A DNA stretch of 64,000 nucleotides from Minisyncoccota bacterium (GTDB lineage: Bacteria; Patescibacteriota; Minisyncoccia; Phycocordibacterales; UBA9973). This document shows positions 9,742 to 19,000 of this stretch, one piece after another. Below the pieces are notes generated by a model. It had not been told where the DNA came from. It ran no database searches and worked only from the letters and a program-made list of their open reading frames with translations. The stretch is from the NCBI GenBank assembly GCA_028718635.1, contig JAQULK010000001.1:543834-607833 (forward strand). Direction: 5' to 3'. The translations under genes were made by a program, and so were the position numbers. Each line of letters opens with the position of its first letter. Position 1 is the first letter of the stretch.

Positions 9742-10317
9742 TTGCCTTATAACAATAAAAACAAAAAATCTTTAGCCTATATAATTGGTGTTTCTTTGGG
9801 AGATGGAAATTTATCCAATGCGAACGGACGTGCTGTAAGACTAAGAGTAACTTGTGACAAAAAGTATCCACTGCTAATAAAAAATATAGTAAAAAATTTG
9901 GAGAACATTTTTATAAAAAATAAGGTTTCCATAGTGGACAGAGTTAACGCCGTAGATGTTTCTGTATATTCAAATGATTTAGAAGATTTATTAGGCTGGA
10001 AGGCAAAAAATGGATCTAAGATAAAACAACGAGTGTGTATTCCAGATTGGATTAAGGAAAATGAAATCTACCAAAAGGAGTGTATTCGAGGGTTATTTCA
10101 AACAGACGGATCTTTGTATTTTGACAGAGGATATAAAATGGCTAATTTTACATCTGCATGTATTACATTAATTCAGGATGTTAGCGAGATACTTAATTCT
10201 TTGGGTTTTAATGTTAAATCAAGAAAAGTTATTGATAAGGGCAAGATTAAATATGTCATTAGAATTTCTAAAGATGTAGAGGTTTTTGTTGAAACTGTCA
10301 ATTTTTGGAAATTGTAA
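9742..10317 (+). CDS. LAGLIDADG-family homing endonuclease-like protein
   Basis: LAYIIGVSLGDGNL (LAGLIDADG motif) and a second GLFQTDGSLYF motif about 100 aa later. The ORF frame reads through the tRNA 3' half; a TTG at 9742 is the first plausible start. No SD is visible. Confidence 0.6.
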   Translation: MPYNNKNKKSLAYIIGVSLGDGNLSNANGRAVRLRVTCDKKYPLLIKNIVKNLENIFIKNKVSIVDRVNAVDVSVYSNDLEDLLGWKAKNGSKIKQRVCIPDWIKENEIYQKECIRGLFQTDGSLYFDRGYKMANFTSACITLIQDVSEILNSLGFNVKSRKVIDKGKIKYVIRISKDVEVFVETVNFWKL

Positions 10318-10357
10318 CTATATTTAAGAAGTTATCCACATTTGCATTATATCATAT

Positions 10358-10930
10358 ATGATATATAGTTTATATGTGGGAAAATTATATGTAGTTAGGC
10401 ATGGAGAAATTGATTACAATATTCAAGGAAGATACGCTGGCTCTGTTGATGTTGAACTGAATAAAAAAGGAATACAACAAGCGCACGACACCGCCAACAA
10501 AGCTTCTCAATTAAATATTGATTTAATTATAACTTCTCCCCTAAAAAGATGTACGCGAATGGCGAACATTATTCAAAAAGTTATTAATGTGCCAGTCCAT
10601 AATTCAAATGAATTTTGTGAAAGAAACGTCGGGGTTTTTGAAGGTTTAACGCGTGAGGAAGCAAAGAAAAATTACCCTGAATTGTGGGCAAAAAATATTA
10701 CCAGGATTTACGACGATGCTCCACTTGGCGGAGAAACAATCAAGGAGGTAGAAAAAAGAGTTTATATCGGACTTCAGAAAATCAAAAAAAAATATAATGA
10801 TAAAAATACTCTTATTGTCACGCATGCTTTTGTTGGTAAAATAATACATAAGTTTTTTAACGAAATGAACGAGAAACAATTTTTTGAATACAAACTTGAT
10901 AATGCCAAAGTGGTGGAATACAATTTATAA
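10358..10930 (+). CDS. Histidine phosphatase family protein (phosphoglycerate mutase-like)
   Basis: RHGE catalytic motif (VVRHGEIDYN) and a conserved His region (LIVTHAFVGK). Confidence 0.7.
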   Translation: MIYSLYVGKLYVVRHGEIDYNIQGRYAGSVDVELNKKGIQQAHDTANKASQLNIDLIITSPLKRCTRMANIIQKVINVPVHNSNEFCERNVGVFEGLTREEAKKNYPELWAKNITRIYDDAPLGGETIKEVEKRVYIGLQKIKKKYNDKNTLIVTHAFVGKIIHKFFNEMNEKQFFEYKLDNAKVVEYNL

Positions 10931-10944
10931 ATTATTAGAAATAT

Positions 10945-12453
10945 ATGCAAAATACCCAACAAAAACAAATAGGAGAATTTATTAAAAATTTAAGAGAACA
11001 AAGAGGTTTAACGCAGGGAGAATTTGCCAAAGCTCTTTTTACTTCTCAAAGCGCTGTAGCTCGCATGGAAAAAGGCGAACAGAATTTTTCTACAGAAATT
11101 TTAACAAAAATAAGCAATGTACTAGATCATAAAATGGTTTGCATAAATGATTCAATTGACTTCCAAGTAAACGGCGGGAAGAAATTGAGTGGAACCATTA
11201 AGACAAATTTTTCTAAAAATGGTTCAGTTGGGCTACTTTGCGCTTCCCTATTAAATAAAGGCACGACTACCCTGCACGGTATTGCTAGAATCGAAGAGGT
11301 AAACAGGGTGATAGAAATATTGGAAAGCATAGGAGTCGCAGTAAAATGGTCAGACCAAAATACAGTAATTATTAAGCCCCCAAAAAAGTTTAATTTAAAA
11401 GATATAAATATTGAATCGGCTATTAAGACTCGTTCTGTTGTAATGCTGATGGGACCGCTCGTTCATTATCTTTCTTCTTTTTCCTTGCCTCATGCGCACG
11501 GTTGCAGTCTAGGCAAACGCACGGTGGCCGCTCATATTTATGCCCTGGAAAACCTTGGAATAAAAATAAAAACCACAGAAAAAACTTATGATATCACCGC
11601 AAAAAAATTAAAACCTAGTGAAATAGTGATGTATGAATCGGGAGATACTGCTTGTGAAAATATTCTGACAGCAGCCGCTCTAATTTCCGGAATCACAACC
11701 ATCTCTTTTGCCAGCGCAAACTACATGGTTCAAGAAATTTGTTTTTTCCTTGAGGCTTTGGGTGTGAAAATTGACGGCATAGGCACCGCCAACCTCACAG
11801 TGCACGGAATAAAGGAAATAAATAAAGATATTGAATATTGGAACAGCGAAGACCCGATCGAGTCCATGATGTTTATTTCGGCTTGCGTTGTCACGGATTC
11901 GAAACTCACCATCACCAGATGCCCAATTGATTTTCTATCATTAGAACTCGAGAAATTAAAAAGAATGAATTTAAAATATAAAATATTGAAAAGATACTAT
12001 TCATACAACGGTCGTACCAGACTCGTCGATATTGAAATATTTCCAAGCAAATTAAAAGCATTAGATGATAAAATCCATTCAAACCCTTACCCGGGAATAA
12101 ATATAGACAATTTGCCTTTTTTTGTACCCATCGCCATACGCGCTAAAGGTCAAACCATGATTCATGATTGGGTTTATGAAGATCGCGCGATTTATTTTAC
12201 TGAATTAAATAGATTAGGTGCAAGCATTACTCTTGCAGATCCTCATCGCGTTTATATTCAAGGCGGAACGCCTCTCAAATCGGCTCAGGTAGTATGCCCG
12301 CCAGCTCTTCGCCCTTCAATGGTTATTCTTATTTCCATGCTGGGGGCTCCTGGGACTTCCATTCTTCGCAATGTTTACATGATAAACCGCGGTTATGAAG
12401 AAATAGCTAAACGACTAAACTCCGTCGGTGCAGATATTAAAATTTTGAAGTAA
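10945..12453 (+). CDS. murA: UDP-N-acetylglucosamine 1-carboxyvinyltransferase (MurA) homolog with an N-terminal XRE-type HTH domain
   Basis: The N-terminal 65 aa form an XRE-like HTH (LREQRGLTQGEFAKALFTSQSAVARMEKG). The rest aligns to the MurA/EPSP-synthase fold (KLSGTIKTNFSKNG...LLNKGTTTLHGIARIEEV, HGCSLGKRTVAAH, C-terminal INRGYEEIAKRLNSVGADIKILK). Confidence 0.75.
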   Translation: MQNTQQKQIGEFIKNLREQRGLTQGEFAKALFTSQSAVARMEKGEQNFSTEILTKISNVLDHKMVCINDSIDFQVNGGKKLSGTIKTNFSKNGSVGLLCASLLNKGTTTLHGIARIEEVNRVIEILESIGVAVKWSDQNTVIIKPPKKFNLKDINIESAIKTRSVVMLMGPLVHYLSSFSLPHAHGCSLGKRTVAAHIYALENLGIKIKTTEKTYDITAKKLKPSEIVMYESGDTACENILTAAALISGITTISFASANYMVQEICFFLEALGVKIDGIGTANLTVHGIKEINKDIEYWNSEDPIESMMFISACVVTDSKLTITRCPIDFLSLELEKLKRMNLKYKILKRYYSYNGRTRLVDIEIFPSKLKALDDKIHSNPYPGINIDNLPFFVPIAIRAKGQTMIHDWVYEDRAIYFTELNRLGASITLADPHRVYIQGGTPLKSAQVVCPPALRPSMVILISMLGAPGTSILRNVYMINRGYEEIAKRLNSVGADIKILK

Positions 12454-12454
12454 T

Positions 12455-12563
12455 ATTTACAACATCAACTTTTTTACGGTACGGATTTTTGGAAGCTTTA
12501 AAAATCCTGAAGTTTGCTCGCCGTCGCTCGCAAAACCCCTGCGAAAAGTTATGTTGTAAATTT
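12455..12563 (+). repeat. Type-B structured junction element (~110 bp, terminal inverted repeats ATTTACAACAT-AACTTTT, core CGGTACGGATTTTT...AAAAATCCTGAAGTTT...AAACCCCT)
   Basis: Other copies at 43796-43905 and 35686-35803 (reverse orientation). It starts 2 nt after the murA stop and ends 7 nt before the miaA ATG. Confidence 0.7.
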
Positions 12564-12569
12564 AAAAAA

Positions 12570-13445
12570 ATGAAAAAAATTATTGTAATATTGGGTCAAA
12601 CAGCTACCGGTAAAAGTGATTTGGCAGTACAGATTGCTAAAAAAATTAATGGAGAAATTGTTTCTGCTGATTCCAGGCAGGTGTATAAAGGTCTTGAGAT
12701 TGGAACCGGAAAAATTACTCGAAAAGAAATGAAGGGTGTTCCGCATCATTTACTTGATGTAGCAAACCCCAAACACAGATTTACGGTTGCAGAATATCAG
12801 AAATTAGCAATATCAGCCATAGTTGATATTGCTAAACGAGGTAAAATTCCCATAATTTGCGGAGGGACGGGATTTTATATTGACGCAATAACGAAAGGTA
12901 TTGTTTTCCCGGAAGTTCCGCCAAATATTAGGTTGAGAAAAAGTCTGGATAAAAAATCATTAACAGAATTATTGAAAATATTAAAAAAACTTGATGCAAA
13001 ACGTGTTAAGAATATAGACGTTAAAAATAAAGTCCGGTTAATTAGAGCGATTGAAATAGCAAAAGCATTGGGCAAGGTTCCGAAAATTACAGCGGTTTCA
13101 CCGCTGTATGAATTTATTAAGATAGGTTTATATCTTCCTCAAGAAAAATTAAAAAAGAAAGTAGAAAAGAGAGTAAAAAAAATGTTTAAAATGGGTTTAC
13201 TAAAAGAAATAGAAAAACTTAAAAAATCTATCCGCCTCGGCGGTTACAGCGTTTCAGAAAAAAGGTTGAAGGAATTGGGATTCGAATACTATAACCCCAC
13301 GCCAGAAAAAGTGATTTCAGAAACTCTCAAATACTCCAAACGCCAAATGACTTGGTTTAAAAAGGATAAAAATATTTATTGGATAAATGGCGCAGAACAA
13401 AACGATAATTATTTGAACATACTAGGATTTGTCGGAGGCAAGTAA
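12570..13445 (+). CDS. miaA: tRNA dimethylallyltransferase
   Basis: P-loop GQTATGKSDLAVQIAKKINGEIVSADSRQVYKGLEIGTGKIT. The start is moved to the internal ATG at 12570 because the upstream part of the ORF lies inside a repeat element. Confidence 0.85.
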   Translation: MKKIIVILGQTATGKSDLAVQIAKKINGEIVSADSRQVYKGLEIGTGKITRKEMKGVPHHLLDVANPKHRFTVAEYQKLAISAIVDIAKRGKIPIICGGTGFYIDAITKGIVFPEVPPNIRLRKSLDKKSLTELLKILKKLDAKRVKNIDVKNKVRLIRAIEIAKALGKVPKITAVSPLYEFIKIGLYLPQEKLKKKVEKRVKKMFKMGLLKEIEKLKKSIRLGGYSVSEKRLKELGFEYYNPTPEKVISETLKYSKRQMTWFKKDKNIYWINGAEQNDNYLNILGFVGGK

Positions 13446-14710
13446 TACATCGGGTCGAGATATGCATTTATGGGCGCTAGAGGCTGAGTCAGTGACTTTC
13501 CAGGACAAGCCTTACTCGGAAGGTTTTTCACTTCAGCCGCATTGGGAGCAAAGACAGAGACGTGCAAGTGCGGTCCAGTAGAATAGCCTGTATTCCCGCT
13601 ATAGGCCACTACCGTGCCCCTGTCTACCTTTTGCCCTACATTCACTTTTATTAAGGATAAATGCCCATAAGCGCTAGAAAGTCCATTATCGTATTTAATG
13701 AAAACAAATTTACCAAAAGAAGCCCCTGGACATTGTATATCTGTGTCTCCTATGCCGGCAACTATTCCTGAAGCCATGGATTTAACTGGTGTACCCACTG
13801 AGGCGCGGAAATCTACCCCACCATGAGAACCTGACACATAAAGTCTCTTGGAGTCGACAGTCTTGCCAAAAAGCTGAGTTATAAGTATATAATCTAACGG
13901 CCAAGAAAATACCCCAGCATTTGGCAATTTTGAAGGATCTAGAATATATTTTAATTGAGATTCATAATCCCGGAGTTCTTTTTCGATTGCATTTTTTTGA
14001 GCAAGCTTGCTTTTTAAAAGTTTTTGATAGTTGGCTTCGCTATTTTTCGTTTGAGCTAAAAGCTTATTTTTTTCTTTAGTGTTCTGCACTACGATTTTCT
14101 GCTGATCAGAAAGTTGGGATTTTAGTTTTGAAAGCTCATTTTTAGCATCGATGGTCACATTTCTAGTATCTTCCAAGGCTCCTTTTGTTTGTTTAAGCGT
14201 TATTATTTCCGCTCTAATTCTTTCACGCACGGTGATAATATTATCCATATCATTCCAAATTGTTGAGAAATCATTATTAGACAAAATGTTTTCCACTAAG
14301 CTAGTTTGCTCGGATTCATTTATATTTTTAATCTCGAGACGGATAGAATCTAAATTATTTTTTATAGAATCTTCCTTGGTGTGTATATCAGAACTCAAGC
14401 TTTGGATTGTAAAATTTGTTTTATCAATTTTCTTTTGGGTAAGGGCGATATCCGCATCCAATTTTTTTTTAGTTAAATCAAGCGCTTTAAGAGAACTGCT
14501 CAGAGAGTTTTTTTGTTGTCCAAGGCTATCTAATTGTGATTGAAAATTAGCAATCTCCTTTTCCAACTGCGCAATGTCGGAATTTTTTTGATTTATCTGA
14601 TCTTGAAGATTTTGAGCGCTTTGTGCATAGGAAAAAACAACTGGAAAAAGAAGTAAAATTATTAAAACCAGCGTATTAAACTGCTTTTTGTAATCGCGAT
14701 AATGTTTCAT
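13409..14710 (-). CDS. M23-family peptidase with N-terminal coiled coil (EnvC/NlpD-like)
   Basis: Signal/TM segment, long coiled coil, and a C-terminal M23 motif (GVDFRASVGTPVKSMASGIV, HLHVSVF). Confidence 0.75.
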   Translation of the reverse strand: MKHYRDYKKQFNTLVLIILLLFPVVFSYAQSAQNLQDQINQKNSDIAQLEKEIANFQSQLDSLGQQKNSLSSSLKALDLTKKKLDADIALTQKKIDKTNFTIQSLSSDIHTKEDSIKNNLDSIRLEIKNINESEQTSLVENILSNNDFSTIWNDMDNIITVRERIRAEIITLKQTKGALEDTRNVTIDAKNELSKLKSQLSDQQKIVVQNTKEKNKLLAQTKNSEANYQKLLKSKLAQKNAIEKELRDYESQLKYILDPSKLPNAGVFSWPLDYILITQLFGKTVDSKRLYVSGSHGGVDFRASVGTPVKSMASGIVAGIGDTDIQCPGASFGKFVFIKYDNGLSSAYGHLSLIKVNVGQKVDRGTVVAYSGNTGYSTGPHLHVSVFAPNAAEVKNLPSKACPGKSLTQPLAPINAYLDPMYYLPPTNPSMFK

Positions 14711-15995
14711 TTTTTCCTAATACGGAGGCTATGGTAAACGGATCAGGTGATTTGTCCATTCCAGACAAAGCAAAACGCACTGGATGCAGCAATTCTCCCT
14801 TACTGCTCATTTTATCCGCTAGTGACATCAGCACATTTTTTATGTTTTCCTGAGAAAAATTTTCTTCTTTTAATTCTTCTAATGCTTTTATCGCTAGCTG
14901 TAAATTTTCAGACGTTTTTTCCGGAGAAGTATTCTTAAAAATTAATTTCTCCTTAGGATAATTTGGTTGTTTAAAAAATAAATCCAACTCTCCTTTTTCT
15001 ATCATTTCCTTTATATCTCCCCACTTAGAAATTCTCTCAAAAATTAATGGTACTATTTTTTTTTCTCGCATATTTTCTGGTAGACTTTTTAAGATATTTT
15101 TTTCTATTTCTTCTTTAGAAAGTAATTTCATATGCTCCTTATTTATCCAATTTAATTTATCATCGCTCCACTTTGCTCCTGAATGTTGAATTTTAGTCAA
15201 ATCAAAAACCTTAATTAATTCTTCTCTGGTGTATACTTCTTTTTCTCCGCCGGGATTAAAACCAAGGAATGCTAAATAATTTATCATGGCATCCGGTAAA
15301 TAGCCCTCCTTTTCGTAATCTAAAACATCTTTGGCGCCATCGCGTTTCCCTAGTTTTTTGTTTCCTTCCGATCCCATTATCGGAGGCGTAGTTACAAAAT
15401 ACGGAGGAGTAACGCCAAGCGCTTCATAAACAGACAAAAACTTCGGGGTTGAGGATATAAATTCTTGCCCTCGCACCACGTGAGTCACCTCCATCTCTAT
15501 GTCATCTACAATGTGCGCAAAATTATAGGTCGGATATCCGTCGCTTTTTATTAATATAAAATCATCCAGCGCCTCCGGGCCGGCAGAAAGTTCTCCCCAA
15601 ACAATATCATTCCATTCGGTGCGTTTTTTTTCTGGTATTTTAAATTTTATAGCTTGGCCATCTAAATAAGTATGCCCGGCTTTAGTGAGTTTATCCGCGT
15701 ATTTTTTATATAATTCTAATCTTTTTGATTGAATATATGGCGCATGTGGTCCTCCGATATCCGGCCCTTGATCCCAATTCAAACCAAGCCATTTTAATGA
15801 TTTTTGAATATGCTCTATTGATCCTTCGACTTCCCTTTCTTTATCTGTATCTTCTATGCGTAAAATAAATTGACCATTGTTTTTTCTAGCCAAAAGCCAA
15901 GCATAAAGCGCTGTTCGGATATTTCCGACATGAATAAAACCCGTCGGCGACGGCGCAAACCTAGTTACAACTTTTTCTGTAGTTTTTTCTTGCAT
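14676..15995 (-). CDS. gltX: Glutamyl-tRNA synthetase
   Basis: Class I HIGH region RFAPSPTGFIHVGNIRTALY, KMSKS-like KLGKRDG; 439 aa. Confidence 0.85.
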   Translation of the reverse strand: MQEKTTEKVVTRFAPSPTGFIHVGNIRTALYAWLLARKNNGQFILRIEDTDKEREVEGSIEHIQKSLKWLGLNWDQGPDIGGPHAPYIQSKRLELYKKYADKLTKAGHTYLDGQAIKFKIPEKKRTEWNDIVWGELSAGPEALDDFILIKSDGYPTYNFAHIVDDIEMEVTHVVRGQEFISSTPKFLSVYEALGVTPPYFVTTPPIMGSEGNKKLGKRDGAKDVLDYEKEGYLPDAMINYLAFLGFNPGGEKEVYTREELIKVFDLTKIQHSGAKWSDDKLNWINKEHMKLLSKEEIEKNILKSLPENMREKKIVPLIFERISKWGDIKEMIEKGELDLFFKQPNYPKEKLIFKNTSPEKTSENLQLAIKALEELKEENFSQENIKNVLMSLADKMSSKGELLHPVRFALSGMDKSPDPFTIASVLGKNETLSRLQKAV

Positions 15996-16017
15996 GCAAT
16001 TATTTTAGCACATTTTT

Positions 16018-17148
16018 CTATTTCTCGTGGCTTAAGGCTATGTCTACCAACTCCCTAGCTATTTTTTCTGCAGCACCTTCTTTCCCAAAAGCTTTTGCAT
16101 TCTCGGCCATTTTTTTATATCCTTCCTTGTCATTTATTATTCTTTCAATTTCTAAGCTTAAAATATTAGCTGTCATATTCTCCTCCTCAATAACACTGCA
16201 AGCTCCGGCTCGCGCATAACTAAAAGCATTTTTCCTGGAGTGGTCGGCGTTTGAATTTTTAAAAGGGACCAGGATCGATGGCACGCCCCAGGAAGCTATT
16301 TCGAACAAGGTTGACCCTGCGCGCGAAACGATAACCGTGGCAGCGCCAGCTACCATTTTCATTTGCAAAGGATTTAAAAAAGGAAGAGGCAAATACCTCG
16401 CTTTATTTTTTTCTTTTTCAAGAGCAACCTCGGACTGCCCTTTAACTGTCTTAAAATTTTTAATCCCTGTTTGATGAATAATTTGATAATTTTTTATTAA
16501 TTTTGGCAATGCATCTAAGACAACATTGTTTATAAGTTGTGCACCCTGAGAACCACCAAGTATGACAATTACAGGTATGGCCTCTTCTAATTTAAAATAT
16601 TCAAACGCTTCTTTTTGCGGTGCTTTATGTTCTATTTCGGTTCTTATCGGCTGGCCTGTCCAAGCAATGGTTTTTTTAGGAAAAAATGGGGCAGACTCCG
16701 CAAAAGACACAGCGACTTTTTCGGCAAAATGCCCGGCCCAAAGATTTACGCGTCCGGGAGCAGAGTCCGATTCATGGATCAAAACAGGAATGCGTAAAAT
16801 TCTGGCTGCAAAAATCGTCGGGAAAGATGCGTATCCGCCTTTTCCAAAAACCACATCCGGATAAATCGTAAATAATTTGTAAGTGGCATTAAGAATGCCA
16901 AAAAAAACCTTAAAAATATCAATAAAATTTTGGAATGAAAAATAGGTACGCATCTTTCCAGAAATTACTTCTTCAAAAAGAAGTTCATTTTCAACAAGCA
17001 TTTTTTTGTCGTAAGGGCTATCTGAAAAATAGTAAAGTTTTGCTCCAATGATGTGTTCGGAATCTACAATTTTATTAACTTTTTGAGCGACAGCGATTAA
17101 AGGATAAAAATGCCCTCCTGTCCCCCCGCCTGTAAAAACTATTTTCAT
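16018..17148 (-). CDS. murG: Undecaprenyldiphospho-muramoylpentapeptide beta-N-acetylglucosaminyltransferase
   Basis: MKIVFTGGGTGGHFYPLIAVA N-terminus and a GT28 C-terminal domain. Confidence 0.85.
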   Translation of the reverse strand: MKIVFTGGGTGGHFYPLIAVAQKVNKIVDSEHIIGAKLYYFSDSPYDKKMLVENELLFEEVISGKMRTYFSFQNFIDIFKVFFGILNATYKLFTIYPDVVFGKGGYASFPTIFAARILRIPVLIHESDSAPGRVNLWAGHFAEKVAVSFAESAPFFPKKTIAWTGQPIRTEIEHKAPQKEAFEYFKLEEAIPVIVILGGSQGAQLINNVVLDALPKLIKNYQIIHQTGIKNFKTVKGQSEVALEKEKNKARYLPLPFLNPLQMKMVAGAATVIVSRAGSTLFEIASWGVPSILVPFKNSNADHSRKNAFSYARAGACSVIEEENMTANILSLEIERIINDKEGYKKMAENAKAFGKEGAAEKIARELVDIALSHEK

Positions 17149-17182
17149 GATTTTATTCTACCATATTTAATCCCTGTAGCAG

Positions 17183-17216
17183 AGCGAGCCCTGCCTGCCG
17201 GCAGGCAGGGCTCGCT
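17183..17216. repeat. 34-nt perfect GC-rich palindrome AGCGAGCCCTGCCTGCCGGCAGGCAGGGCTCGCT (GGCAGGCAGG family)
   Basis: Read directly, intergenic between the Cys-rich gene stop and the murG start. Related copies at 31036, 41562, 53768 and 57932. Confidence 0.8.
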
Positions 17217-17222
17217 ACGGGA

Positions 17223-18974
17223 CTAGTATATTTCTTGCTGATAACACCTCTCACAATAAATAATTTCAGGACGTTCCGGAGCATAACTGGTCTCAAACTC
17301 TACAGGGCATTTACCTATATGGGTATGGGTAGTCTTTTCACACATGCAGGCTCTATGCCAAAGCTTTAAGGGATTCCTTTGTTTCAGTCTTTGGTAATGT
17401 CTGCAATTAGGACAGAGATGAGGTAAAGGTAGATTCATTCTTTGGTAGAATTGGAGTTCTGGAGCAATGATTTTGAAGGCTTCGGTGCATTGTTCATTGC
17501 ATTTGCCTTGATGTTCGCATTCTATGACTTTCCCTAGGATGGATTCATCTACGTCTTGGATGTTGTCCGGAATGTCTGTTGTTTTAATGTCTAGGGTATA
17601 GTTTCTTTCTTCTGCATCTTTCCATTGGTAACCTTGTTTTAAAGCTTCTTCTTTGGTTAAAGGAAAGTATTCTTGAGCGATGGTTTCGTTGTAACAGAAA
17701 GGGCTTAATTCTGTTGGAAAGAACTCTCCGTATTGGTAGATTCTGCCTTTGGTGTCTAGGTAGGGCATATCGTTCATGTGCTTGATGATTTTGGGGACTA
17801 GTTCTTCGTATTGTTCTTTGGTGTATTGGTGGTTGAGGATGCAGTAGGATTTGTTGCGGAGACCGACGCAGGCGAAGAGGTGGATAGATCCTGAACAATT
17901 TATAGAATAAGAAATATCACTACTGTCCTTTATAAAAAAACTAAATTTATAATCGGAATTTTCATTTGATTCAAAACCTAATGCAATAGTCTCATAGACT
18001 GATTCTGCTTTTGACATTCCATAATTGTCATAGCTATCTTTTACGCCAAGGACTGAATGTGTGGTGTATTTACTATTTTCAGAATCATTTCCCAATACAT
18101 CAAAACAATATTTACAATTTCTTGCATTCCTAATATTATTCCCTGTGCATTCTTTTGTATTAATTAAAAGAGAATGTCTGTGTATAGAATTAAGATATAA
18201 ATCTTTAAATTTATCTTTGTTTTTTTGCAAAGAATCATAACTACCTAAATTTAAATTCTGAATAGTTGCCAAATATTCTTCCCTCTTCATTTGTTTATTA
18301 AAAAAACAATATTGTTTATTCTTTAAATTAGTACATCCAAAACAGTTAGTGCAATTTTTACATTCGTATAAAAAATATGAATCAACGCAATTATCAGAAT
18401 TTTTACTAAAGAATAATCTGTTTGAATTCTCGCATTGAATATCCTCATAACAAAGTTCAAGTTTTTTAGAAATAGAAATGTCTAAGGAATCTTTCATGAA
18501 GGATGAGTTGCTGGAATATAAAACATTTTCATCGTTTTTACTTCCAAATAAGAGGTAACAATTTTTATTTTCAGCAGAAAAATTACAATAATCTGAATTT
18601 ACTGGATTAGTATTAAATAAACTCATTTGTGGAACTTTATTATATAAATCCTTTAGCTGAACGAAAAAATTTTTAGAAAAATCATAATCGCTTCCAAAAG
18701 AAAAAGGATCCCAAGAATCTCCCCACCAGCAATCCTGACAGAATACATTTATGGGACTTTCTTCTGCATAAATAGAAATAATAGTTTTTTTACAAAGATT
18801 GCATTTCCTTTTATACAAAGACCTTTCATTGCGAAAGTTCATCCTTTTGACCATCCGACATTCCGGACACCATGTAGGTGGAGGCACTTTTATTTTTTTA
18901 TAGAAATTAAAATCTTCCGGCTCGATTATGAAGTCTTTTTGACAATTTTGGCATACTTTAGTTTCCGAATCCAT
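17223..18974 (-). CDS. Cysteine-rich paralog family protein, copy 1 (583 aa), inserted between ftsW and murG
   Basis: Family signature: N-terminal CQNCKKDFxIEPEDFxFYxKIKVPPPTxCPECR, C-terminal LPLPxLCPNCRHYQRLKxRNPxKLWHRxCMCxK...CxVEFETSYAPxRPEIIYCExCYQQE(I/V)Y, and internal C-x2-C-x2-C-x2-C modules. Confidence 0.85.
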   Translation of the reverse strand: MDSETKVCQNCQKDFIIEPEDFNFYKKIKVPPPTWCPECRMVKRMNFRNERSLYKRKCNLCKKTIISIYAEESPINVFCQDCWWGDSWDPFSFGSDYDFSKNFFVQLKDLYNKVPQMSLFNTNPVNSDYCNFSAENKNCYLLFGSKNDENVLYSSNSSFMKDSLDISISKKLELCYEDIQCENSNRLFFSKNSDNCVDSYFLYECKNCTNCFGCTNLKNKQYCFFNKQMKREEYLATIQNLNLGSYDSLQKNKDKFKDLYLNSIHRHSLLINTKECTGNNIRNARNCKYCFDVLGNDSENSKYTTHSVLGVKDSYDNYGMSKAESVYETIALGFESNENSDYKFSFFIKDSSDISYSINCSGSIHLFACVGLRNKSYCILNHQYTKEQYEELVPKIIKHMNDMPYLDTKGRIYQYGEFFPTELSPFCYNETIAQEYFPLTKEEALKQGYQWKDAEERNYTLDIKTTDIPDNIQDVDESILGKVIECEHQGKCNEQCTEAFKIIAPELQFYQRMNLPLPHLCPNCRHYQRLKQRNPLKLWHRACMCEKTTHTHIGKCPVEFETSYAPERPEIIYCERCYQQEIY

Positions 18975-19000
18975 GGACTTAAAATTAATTATTTTTATGT

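Noticed and set aside
9644-9871. Minus-strand 75-aa ORF overlapping the tRNA-Leu gene
   Set aside because: It lies antisense to a well-folded tRNA and to the LAGLIDADG ORF. No homology or translation signals.
13409-13445. A 37-nt overlap of the convergent miaA and M23 peptidase 3' ends as a possible mis-call
   Set aside because: Both genes have clear domain support through their C-termini. Short convergent overlaps are common in compact genomes. Kept as called.
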